From: Podarcis tiliguerta
Lineage: Eukaryota
NCBI GenBank assembly: GCA_965153285.1
Contig: OZ229114.1
Length of the DNA: 64,000 nucleotides
Direction: 5' to 3' (one strand)
Numbering within the stretch: position 1 is the stretch's first letter; each line of letters opens with the position of its first letter. Under the pieces are notes generated by a model. That model had not been told where the DNA came from. It ran no database searches and saw only the letters and a program-made list of their open reading frames with translations. The translations under genes and the position numbers were made by a program. Shown piece after piece: positions 37,698-48,147 of the stretch.

Positions 37698-38071
37698 GGG
37701 ACGCGGGTGGTGCTGTGGTCTAAACCACTGAGCCTCTTGGGCTTGCCGATCAGAAGGTTGGCAGTTCAAATCCCCACACCGGGGTGAACTCCCATTGCTT
37801 GGTCCCTGCTCCTGCCAACCTAGCAGTTTGAAAGCACGCCAAAAAGTGCAAGTAGATAAATATGTTTACCTCCGGCAGGAAGGTAAACAGCATTTCTATG
37901 CGCTGCTCCGGTTTCGCCAGAAGCGGCTTAGTCATGCTGGCCACATGACCCAGAAAAACTGTCTGCAGACAGATGCCTGCTCCCTTGGTCTGTAAAATGA
38001 AATGAGCGCCACAACCCCAGAGTAATCTGCGACTGGACTTAACTGTCAGGGGTCCTTTACCTTTACCTTTT
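37698..38071 (+). mobile_element. Sauria SINE, full length
   Basis: Canonical head and (ACCTTT)n tail; 14-bp TSD TATAATATTGATAG. Confidence 0.95.
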
Positions 38072-39439
38072 TATAATATTGATAGCAGCTGTTGGACAAT
38101 GCCTTTCAGAAGTGCAAGTTACGCATTGAATTCAGCTGCTGTCTAATGCTAGGCATGAGGCTCACCCACTAGCAGAATAGACATTGATCAACCATCAGAT
38201 TTGTCCCTCATCCCTAGCTGCACTCCAGGATAGCTATGAAAACAAACCCTACCATTTCCTAAAATGGGCTCTTACAACTAGTGAGCCATAAACCCCAATG
38301 CAGCTTACTACAGGTGATGATATAGTGTTTTTTGTAATAGTGGCCAAACTGATCCTAGTCTGGAAAGACTTTTACTGCCGCCACTGGTGATCCCCACCCC
38401 CATTTCTCATTTTTATTTACAAAACCAGCTCCACCATCATTTTTGCTACCTCACTGCTCATTTAAGGGAGGGAAATAGTTATCTATAGCAAACTGAATAG
38501 TCAACTCAGTAGTTATAAGAAGAAATTTCAATCCAAATGACACCTGCATGGAAATGGGAAGACAATTGTTACACAGAGCATAGCCTGCAAGAAAGCTTTC
38601 TCATTGCAATTATTCTGCATTCAGTCTGTGCTGAGCTGTGTTCCACACCCCATTACCAATCTGCTGATTCACACACTTTCCTAAGAATATCTTAGACGTT
38701 ATTTCCAGGGGCGTGCTTTTGAGGCAGAGGAGGGGCGGGGGGGGGGAGAGAGAAAAGGCCTTTTTAGCATTTCTTTTATTGGAGCTAGGGGTGGGAAACA
38801 GAAGGAGAAGCTAAGGTTTGTTTTCTGTGACTGTTTTTGGCATCCGTTCCATACATTTGCCAGCAAATGTGCTGGAGAAAACACAACACTCCGCTTCGAA
38901 AATTCTCAGACTGCCACCTTTTGCAAACACTTTCATTCACTTGGAAGGGAAAGGATGGCAGGTGGGTGATTTAGGTTTTGCAGAAAGCGGAAAACATGGC
39001 TGCTACGTAGTCCTCCCACATTCTGAAAATTTCACCTTCAGGGGCACTGTTTTTCCTGACTGCTGCTTCCTCCTCCTCCTCTGCCCCTGCATTAGTCACG
39101 TGAGCTATCCTCTTGAAACAGAAATCACACAGCAAACAGAATACCACGATGCTATGTTGTCAATCAGATCTGGGCTGTTTCGTGCTAAGCCATGCTTAAC
39201 ACAAACAATGTAGTTTTCCTCAATCCACAATAGTTCATGTTCATCCTTAACATGCTGCTTTCATTCTAGATGTGATTCTAGATTCTGTTGTCCACAAGGG
39301 TAGATGTCAGTAACTGATACATGTTTGAGAACCTTCCCCTTGATTACGTAATCCATGCCATTTCCACTCACCCCTCTAAATGTTGCAGGTGGGTAAAGGA
39401 GGAAGTGGTGCTTGTCATCTGTATGTACAGTATTCCCAA

Positions 39440-39820
39440 GGGATGCGGGTGGTGCTGTGGTCTAAATCACTGAGCCTCTTGGGCTTGCTGATTGGAAGGT
39501 CGGCGGTTCGAAGCCCTGTGATGGGGTGAGCTCCTGTTGCTCTGTCCCACCTCCTGCCAACCAAGCAGTTTGAAAGCACGCCAGTGCAAGTAAATAAATA
39601 GGTACTGCTGTGGTGGGAAGGTAAATGGCATTTCCAGCTGCTCTGGCACTTGTCCCAGTCCTCCGTGCACCAGTAGCAGTTTAGTCATGTTGGCCACATG
39701 ATCCGGAAAACTGTCTATGGACAAATGCTGGCTCCCTCGGCCTGAAAGCGAGATGAGCACTGCAACCCCATAGTCGCCTTTGACTGGACGTAACCGTCCA
39801 GGGGTCCTTTACCTTTACAT
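39440..39820 (+). mobile_element. Sauria SINE, full length
   Basis: Canonical head and tail; 13-bp TSD TACAGTATTCCCA. Confidence 0.95.
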
Positions 39821-40009
39821 TACAGTATTCCCACCCACAATGTCATTGGGCAGATGTAGATAGACATACACACACCATTACTAAGACTGCCTACATCTGT
39901 TTTCAACTGTTTTCAAATGGACACAATGCAGCATTAATCTGCAATCAGTGTTTACCCCTAGAATGAAGCAAAGTTCTCAAAAAGCACTTTTCAGGGCCAA
40001 TATGCAATA

Positions 40010-40930
40010 GATCTAGAATGGGTTTGGGCTCAAAATAATAAATGTTGGAAATGTAAACTACAAGTGGGAACCTTCCTTCTTTTTTTATAATATTTTTTAT
40101 TAATTTTCATAAAAAAAAATACATATCGCACCACAACTTTGACAAATTTTCTTGTTTTTGGACTTCCTTCAGCCTCTTTGACAATCATCCGAATTAAACT
40201 TTTTCATTACACATTTCCTAAATTTGCTACTGCGTTTTAACATACCCTTCCACACCTGTTTTTCTTTCTTACAATATTTCTTAGGTTTTTACAGAGCTTC
40301 TTTAAATGCCACTAACGTTATTTCATTATCACTTATACATTCCCAATACTCCACTAGCTTTCCCTAGTCCTTGATGAACTTTTGATCTCGTAGATATCTG
40401 ATCTTCCCTGTCAGCTTATCAAGTTCTGCATAGTCCATCAGCTTCATTCTCCACTCCTCCAATGTTGGTACTTGTTCCTGTTTCCATTTCTGGGCCAGTA
40501 ATATTCTTGCCGCTGTTACTGCATATTGGAAAAGTTTACAGTCCTTTCTATTTATTTCATTTCCTATAATTCCTAAAAGAAAGGCCTCTGGTGGGAACCT
40601 TCTTTCATATGTGGTGGTCGTGCACAAAAATAAAAAAAAATCTGAGACACGATCTATGAGGAAATGAAAAAATTATTTAAAATTACATTTCACAAAAAAA
40701 ACGGAAACATTCCTTCTTGGGATTCTAACTGACAATACCCCAAAAGAAAGATTAAAACTATTTTTTCTATGCAGAGACAGCGGCTAGGGTATTAATAGCC
40801 AAGTACTTGAAAGGTGACCGTATACCAACTAGCGAAGAACGGCTACAAAAGCTGGGCGAGTACTTGGAACATGCTAAATTGACTGAAGCCTTAAGAACAA
40901 GTCAAATAAAATAGTCCAGAAGGAATGGCA
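40010..40930 (+). mobile_element. Older L1 ORF2 C-terminal relic, interrupted at 40076-40590
   Basis: NKCWKCKLQVGTF | FHMWWSCTKIKK...ETFLLGILT...TAARVLIAKY: CCHC zinc knuckle and downstream motifs. Confidence 0.85.
40076..40590 (-). mobile_element. Younger 5'-truncated L1 (ORF2 end, 3' UTR, polyA)
   Basis: PEAFLLGIIG...TAARILLAQKWK...PTLEEW...; poly-T at 40080; TSD GTGGGAACCTTC (40064-40075, 40591-40602). Confidence 0.92.
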
Positions 40931-41298
40931 CAAAACACCTGCAAATTCCCCCTCTGCAGAGTTTGGCAGTGGAAACACCGCGTATCCAGGTAGGCCCAAA
41001 AATGAGCCCTCGGCGCCCTGATCAGTCCTGGTTTTTGTCAGTATTCTGATGTCATTCAATTCATTCAAAAATGGCACCAAACACCTGCAAATTGCCACCT
41101 GCAGCATTTGGCAGTGCAAACGCCACGCTTCTTGCTAGGCCCAAAAATGAGCCCTTGGCACCCTGTCACGGTTTTTGCCAAACATCTGACATTTTCCAAT
41201 TCACATGAAAGCGGTGGCAAACACCTGCAAAATGCCCCCTGCAAGGTTTGTTGGTGTAAATGCCAGGTTTCATTGTAGGTGAAAAAATGAGCTCTCCT
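40925..41298. repeat. Satellite-like tandem repeat, ~2.5 units of 140-146 bp
   Basis: aaacacctgcaaa at 40933, 41079 and 41219; aaaaatgagc(c/t)ct in each unit. Confidence 0.85.
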
Positions 41299-41329
41299 CC
41301 ATCCCTCCTTTTCCTCAGAAGCCCTGCAA

Positions 41330-41800
41330 GAGCGTTCAGTCACTGTACTGAGCTGCCTGAGTCTTTAGCAGGAATGTAGGGAATGCCTACTGGCCTTGCC
41401 GCCTGTCTGCTGAGACTTCTCCCCCTCCCTGCGCTCAATCACTCACTGGTTGAGTTGCAAGGTGGAACGCATAAGATCCTCCAAGGAAGAAGGGGGGGGG
41501 GCTTTTAATGTTTGATGCATTATTGTATTTTAATATTTTGTTGGAAGCTGCCCAGAGTGCCTGGGGAACCCAGCCATATGGGCGGGGTATAAATAATAAA
41601 TTATTATTAATATTATTCCTAGCCAGTTCGTCCAGCAGCTCCCTGTTCAATCCAGCTCGATAAACTGCCATTAGAGCCTCTTGACTCCAATTCAGCTCTT
41701 TCGCGGGTAAACTGAATTCCTTGGTATATTCTGTTTTGGTGAGATTTCCTTGTTTCCAGCTTCCAGGATCTTTCGATTCTCAGTGAAATGTGCAGTTTTG
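41330..41800 (-). pseudogene. Ty3/Gypsy gag (capsid) relic, split by an L2 tail
   Basis: KQGNLTKTEYTKEFSLPAKELNWSQEALMAVYRAGLNRELLDELAR | PSSLEDLMRSTLQLNQ*VIERR; QG-x5-EY-xx-EF major homology region. Confidence 0.85.
41503..41616 (+). mobile_element. L2 3' tail
   Basis: ggaagctgcccagagtgcctggggaacccagcc...gggcggggtataaataataaattattatt. Confidence 0.9.
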
Positions 41801-42039
41801 ACCAACAAACCTTGGAGGGGGTTTGTGCTGGTGTAATTAAAAGGAGTATAGAACTTGCTAGTGTGTAGAATAGGAAGCAGAGACATATTTTCACATATTG
41901 ACTGTCATTAGTTGTTTTTGTAGTGGAATAACAATGGCGGTTTTTCAGGTCACAGGTTTTGGTGAGAGGCCAAATTAAAGTAATGATGTATTTGGTTGAG
42001 TTTTTTGTTATTTGTCTAGTTGTTGCTTTAGTTGGTGTG

Positions 42040-42053
42040 TTTTTTTTTTTTTT

Positions 42054-42089
<36 letters not shown>

Positions 42090-42090
42090 G
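42040..42090. repeat. polyT-(GT)n-(GA)n compound microsatellite
   Basis: Direct reading. Confidence 0.9.
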
Positions 42091-42172
42091 TAGATTATGC
42101 TGCTATTATACTAATCTTATTTAGTGTTCCCCTAGCTAAATGCATGCACCAGGACACACATGCATATGAAAC

Positions 42173-42976
42173 TGTATTTTACTGAGGTCAACCACTGATC
42201 CACCCAATATGAGTTCTTCAAGGACTCAGGCACCAATATTTCCCAACACAGTTAGATGACAGGTGGGACACATGAACACTCCCAAGCCATCATCACCTGC
42301 AATGCCTTGAGGGATTCCTACACCTTCCAAGCAGATATTCCATGTAAATTCCAAGCAGGCGCTTGAAAAAGGGCTTGCAGCTATCACCACCTTCTCCAGT
42401 CTGAAGGCAAAGAAGCTTACCTCTGGGGAGGTGAAGGAAGAAGCCGAGAAGACACTAGCTGCAGACACTCTCTAGAGGGGATGCAACTGGGACTCCAGCT
42501 CCCAGGATCTCAAAACAGAAAGTTGATGCTGAAAGGCAATTCCCATGGAAGGAGAAGGCTCCCAGGTGAATCACAATGATGGGAATCATGTTGTAACTCT
42601 GCCATTTCTGTCTTCCTCCTGACGCAAGGTAAGTTGCTTGAGAGCCTTGAGAATGTGGGAGAGGGCTCCCATGTGTTGTGTCTTAGGCTCTATGGACAAT
42701 ACAGCCTATGTCACCCCCACTGTGGTTGCCTGCCACACAGAAAGGTGGGAAATCACCAGCCCCTAGAGTGTATGAAACTTGCAGGTACTGGCTATGCTAC
42801 AAGAGTACAATGAATACCCCTTCCAAAATCCATGTGGGTGCTCTGCTCCTGAAGGTGAAATCTGTTACATTGCTTTCTGTGCATACCAAGGCTAAGCTAC
42901 CCTGCTTGGTTCTGTAGGGTTATTCCTCAAGGGTAAGCAAGCTTGTATTACCTGTCCTACATGCAAATTTAATACA
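42173..42976 (+). mobile_element. Possible old solo LTR
   Basis: TGTATT...AATACA termini; degenerate QLSPPSPV*RQR...KKPRRH frame like other LTRs here; no convincing TSD. Confidence 0.4.
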
Positions 42977-43354
42977 GGATGTCACTCTCCATAAATGTCA
43001 AACTTGCTCCCGTCAGGAGCAAGAAATAATTTAAAAGATGCAACCTATCAATGGTGTTGCTAAATTATTCTCCTTGGGATCTAACATGTTCATAAGGTAC
43101 AGCCATCCTGGCACCGCAGCATTTTAGGATGCACATTTGGGATCACCTCACGAAGTCAAAAACAAGCCCGGTAGGAAGTCGGCATACTAAGGAGATAATT
43201 TTCAGACTAGCCACATTGAGCTTTCTACATTCAGGAAGTTTTGGAGTGGATGGGTTGGGGTTATAATGCGGCTGGAGATTTCAAACATGCCCTCCCCTAA
43301 TTGCATTTTGCGTTTTTTTGCAATACATGCAGAATAACTGGCTGTTTTTGAATA

Positions 43355-43577
43355 TAGTGGTACCTCGGGTTAAGTACTTAATTTGTTCCGGAGGTCCGTT
43401 CTTAACCTGAAACTGTTCTTAACCTGAAGCACCACTTTAGCTAATGGGGCCTCCCGCTGCTGCCGCGCCGCCGGAGCACGATTTCTGTTCTTAACCTGAA
43501 GCACTATTTCTGGATTAGCGGAGTCTGTAACCTGAAGCGTATGTAACCTGAAGCGTATGTAACCTGAGGTACCATTG
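43355..43577. mobile_element. Tigger/pogo-like MITE
   Basis: TA|tagtggtacctcgggtta ... taacctgaggtaccattg|TA; repeated taacctgaa motif; same family as 63222-63515. Confidence 0.92.
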
Positions 43578-43584
43578 TACAGAG

Positions 43585-43712
43585 ATTGGGAAGGGCTCCA
43601 GCACAGTTATCAGCCTCCAATATTCCCAAGTAGGCTTGCTACTTACCGTTGACAATACTGAGTTAAATGGACCAATGATCTGACTTGCTATAAGGCAGCT
43701 TTCTGTATTCTC
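43585..43712 (+). mobile_element. Squam2-like SINE 3' half
   Basis: gacaatactgagttaaatggaccaatgatctgact..tataaggcagctt. Confidence 0.65.
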
Positions 43713-45719
43713 ATCAGTCCCATTGAACTGTGAGTCATTCATATATCACCCCTTCGGCCTTCCATATTCTTATTGTAGGGATTCAAAACTCAGAGGTGTG
43801 TTTACCATTCAACATTTCCTTACAAAGAAGGAATGTTGTAGTCTCTGGTTTCAGTTGCCTTAAAGCTAATGCCCCCCCCCCCCAACTGACGGATACTTGG
43901 GTTTGACAGAAGTTATATATACACACAAACTTTTCAAGACTTTTCTTATAAATCTGTTAGAGGAAAAATACCACCCAGATGAAAAGAGTAAGGGGGAGAA
44001 AAGGTGACTTAAAAACATGTTGTGACAAAGTTGTAGAATGACTTGATTTGTATTGACATCATTCTCTCGCTTAATATGAACATAGCTTTTTTTTTTCTTG
44101 CGTTGCTTGAAAGCGTAAACAAAACAGAATATGGTGGAGAAGAACTTAGAAAGCATATTGTTCTGTTTCTCCCTGAAATTACACTTACTTAGCTCAGTAC
44201 TCCTCATTCCCTTTCCTCAGATAAATAGCCATTGTTAGGAACAGAACCCCAACATGACCTGTGATGCAAAATAGGTTTGCTTGGTGACTGGTAAGACCAA
44301 AAGACACACAAAGTAAAGTACACCTAGAGATGGATTGTGGCCATTACTCATGTAGATCCATTGACATATACAGAACCTTGTGAGTTAATCCTCCCAGGAT
44401 CCAAGTTCCCAGGATCCATCATTATCATCATTATGCTTCTGATACTAACTCCCTCAGCCCCAAATGCAGCTGAATATTTTGGCATTGAAACTGCACAACT
44501 GAATATGAGGAGAGGGTTAATTAGTGGCAGAAATTGTTCGGGGGATAACTCTGAATCACCAACACAAGGCAAACTTGCGAGCTGCAAATGAACAAGTCGA
44601 GAACAGAGAAAGAGATTCAATTTGCCTAATACATTATCTGACAGCTGCATTTATGCCTCCAGTGAAGGGACAGAATGAGAACAGATGAGTTATTAAAAAC
44701 AAACAGTTCCTTTTCATGCAGATGTTCCTAGTAATGAAGAATGCAAGGAACAGAAGCAGAAGTGGAAGACTTCCTCAGAGAAAGCATTTCTGAGCCCAGT
44801 ATATCTTCCAGCAATCTACTTATTGGGGGGGGGGGGATAAAAATCTGTACTCCTTCTTGCTTTAGGGACAGATGGATCATTCTGTTTCCAGTCTGTGTCA
44901 CTTATGTTTGCTCCTACATCCATTTCATTCTGTTTTTGCACTAAGCAGTGTCTTTTATTTTTGTTCTTGCTGCTTTTTTAAAGAACACATATATAGGAAA
45001 AAAATTCACAATTAAATGTAAAATTTTGAAAATATTTCCTCTCATAAAAAACACCTCCAAGTCCATTATCTCACAAAATACTCATTGTGAAATGTGTTCT
45101 GATACTTTAAAAAACACACACATCTATATCACAATGCTGGAAAAGGGTGAAATACAATGGATAGCTATGCTCTGATCTGCACATTAATCTGGGAGGGAGC
45201 TACAGATCAGGTCCATTCATATAGAAATTTAAAAATATCAAATTTCTCAAGCGGTCTTCCCTCCCCTCTCCCAAATTGTTTCAATTTCCATATATCTCAA
45301 AGAAGAGGGTCATGAATTTTGCTATATTCAAAAGCAAAGGTTATCCTTTAAGAAAAAAATATATATAACAGAATGCTTCTCATCCAGCATTTCAGCTTAT
45401 AACTTCTGAAGGCATGGAAGAGATGCATTTTGTGCTCTGCTTCCAAGAGGTCGTGTTCTTTGCTCTCAAGATGGAAGTGTAAAATGCTAATATAGTATAA
45501 TTTTGAATTCCTGCACTAGAGTTCCAGCTAGAAAAAGTGACATTGAAGAGAATTTTAGCGGACCAACATAATCTTCCTACTTGCTCCCCAAAACATTCCA
45601 TGGTGTGTGATGAAGGTGAAACAGAAGGAAATCATTATAACAAATATATGGAAGCAAGACTATTCATCCTAGTTAGATTAGTGTATGAGTCTGTTCCCCC
45701 GAAGTATTAAGAAGCTAGT

Positions 45720-46345
45720 TGAAGACAGAAATGAGCCCAGGATGCCGAACAACAAGTCAGGTGATAAAGCACCTAAAAACCATCTTAAAACAATTCCAGT
45801 ACAGGTGTAGACTGGGAAAAATATCTACTTAAAAGGTTTGCTGAAAGAGCTGGTCTTCAGTAGTTCCCAAAAAGACAACAGGAATAGCATGTAACATTCA
45901 AGGATAAAAGGTAAAGGTACCCCTGACAGACTCTAGGGTTGTGCGCTCATCTCACTCTAGAGGCCGGGAGCCAGCGCTGTCCGCTGTCTGCAGACACTTC
46001 CGGGTCACATGGCCAGCATGACGAAGCTGCTCTGGCAAGCCAGAGCCACACACGGAAACACCGTTTACCTTCCCGCTGGTAAGCGGTCCCTATTTATCTA
46101 CTTGTGGTGCTTTCGAACTGCTAGGTTGGCAGGCGCTGGGACCAAGCAACGGGAGCGCACCCCGCCGTGGGGATTCGAACCGCCGACCATGCGATCGGCA
46201 AGTCCTAGGCGCTGAGGTTTTACCCACAGTGCCACCCACGTCCCCTAACATTCAAGGATAGGGAATTCCAAAGGATAGGTGCCACAACATGAAAGGCCCG
46301 ATTCTGACATTGTGTGGAATGGCCCTCCGGACAAGATGGATATCG
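45720..46345 (-). mobile_element. Old L2 3' fragment hosting a Sauria SINE
   Basis: gggaattccaaaggataggtgccacaac..aaaggccc (RAFHVVAPILWNSL on minus strand). Confidence 0.7.
45907..46245 (-). mobile_element. Sauria SINE (variant head subfamily)
   Basis: aaaggtaaaggtacccctgac tail; head with aaaacctcagcgcctaggacttgccgatcgc; 15-bp TSD TAACATTCAAGGATA. Confidence 0.95.
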
Positions 46346-46947
46346 AAGTAGTCCAACCAAGCAATATTTCCTGAATCTGTTATCCAGGCATCCCTGATTT
46401 ATTACACAGTTCACTACAAACAACCTCTTAAATTGATTGAATTCTGCATGTACTAACTTACACCTACAGAATGTAACATAAGATCTCCATGTGTTTTGCA
46501 AAGCATGGCAGCACATAAAGTTGCCATCCCTTGATGGTGGACTGACTGATTGTGCCCTTCAAAACTCCCATCTGTGGCCTCACCTAGGGTACATTTTTAC
46601 TCAACTGAGCAAGACAGCATGAGACAGTTAAATGCACTTGTTCCAGGGAAGTCTTTCATGCGTTGTGACAAGATTCTGAATTCTCAAGTGAATCAGAAAG
46701 GAGATGGAGATTGCTCCCTCCTCCATCTGGCTTCAGCTAAGGATGCCAAATATATATATATATAGGTTTTTTTAAAATGTATCAAATCCTGTTGATATAG
46801 GATCATAATCAAAGGGAGCGGTTGAGATTCAGATGGAGATGATTCACGGAAGACAGGTAGCAACACTGTAGCCCTAAGTGCCAGAACCACTATAGACACC
46901 ACTTCATGCTTTGGTTACAGGGAATCAACATCAGTAGGAGATCCAAA

Positions 46948-47017
46948 GGTCTATTGATGGTCTATTGATAGTCTATTGATGGTCTATTGATGATCTATCT
47001 TTGTGGTCTATTTGATG
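46948..47017. repeat. 11-bp minisatellite (GGTCTATTGAT)n
   Basis: Four near-perfect and about two degenerate units. Confidence 0.9.
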
Positions 47018-47501
47018 ACATAGCCAAAACAGTGTATATGTATATAGCATTTGCTATGGTTACTGGTACTTTTTAAATTTTACAATGACCAGAGACAATG
47101 TGCTCTTCAGGAATACCTATGAGTGGTCTGAAACTTAGTGGTGGCAATGGGACTAGATGGCACCCCTGAGAAAAGCCAAATAAATAGTGCTGCGTTGCAA
47201 GGGGCGCACAGTTGATAATGTATTTTGGTTGCTGCGTTCAAATCATGGAGCAACCCACACTAAAAATAAAAGTGGAACCGCTGGAGATCTGAATTAGTTA
47301 GCCTTCATTACTTCCTCATTAGTTCCACAGGAAGCAACCAACTGGTAGTGCCTTTAGGGTGGGTGAAATGAAATGTTTTATAGTAAGGATGCTTCAAGGT
47401 TGAGAAGCAAGCACTGGCACCATTTTTTCTTTGTCAGTTCAGCACTTGCATTTGATGCACTGAGTTAAATGATGACGAGGTCAAGCTCATTTCATGGTAG
47501 C

Positions 47502-47632
47502 GCAGGGGTGAGGCTCATGTGGCCTTCAGATTTTATTTTATTTTTATTTTGGGGCTTCAGCTCCCATGGCCAACGGTCAGAGATGGCAGGAGTCCCGCAA
47601 CATCTGCATGGCCAAAGGGGCCCCACCCTTGC
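47502..47632. mobile_element. Degenerate hAT MITE
   Basis: caggggtgaggctcatgtggccttcaga...ccccaccctt. Confidence 0.55.
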
Positions 47633-47677
47633 AGTAGAGATTATAAATGGGCAGAGGGGAGAAAGGCATCATTTTCT

Positions 47678-48147
47678 TAAAATATATTTTTATTAAATAT
47701 TTCTTAGTTTACGGAAATATTTGCATTGTCTCTTTTTTCAAGTTGTGTTTTCTACAGATCAGTTTCATTTGTTGTGAGACGTTAGTGTTGCATACATTGT
47801 TAGGTTAGAAAGAAAAGAGGGGGAAAGAAGGGGAGAGGGAATAGTGAGTGGGGTGGGGTGTCAATGCTTCTATTCTTCTGCTTAGTGTAAGTGTGGGGTT
47901 TTGTGTCAGTGTCACTTGTGTGGGTTCTCTTACTTGTTGTATTTCCTTGATGGTGAGAGAGGTTGGGGGGTGGCCTAGCGTGTGGTTGGTTGTCTTTGAT
48001 TGGCTGTAGTGAGATTTGTTTTTGAGTAAGAGTGGTGTCTGTGTGTGTTAGGATCAGGTTAGCCATATTGATTCGTATGCTGTCAGCGGATTCTTGTTGT
48101 GGTCTTGTGGGGCCGTGTATGTGATAAAGGGGAACCATACTGGGATG
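47678..48147 (-). mobile_element. 5'-truncated L1 3' end
   Basis: Minus-strand ORF end FIPVWFPFITY...SIWLT*, CA-rich 3' UTR, AATAAAAA; imperfect TSD aaggcatc(a/t)t(t/c)ttct. Confidence 0.8.

Noticed and set aside
40925-41298. CRISPR-like repeat-spacer reading of the periodic motif
   Set aside because: Whole units are homologous (no unique spacers), context is eukaryotic and no cas genes are present
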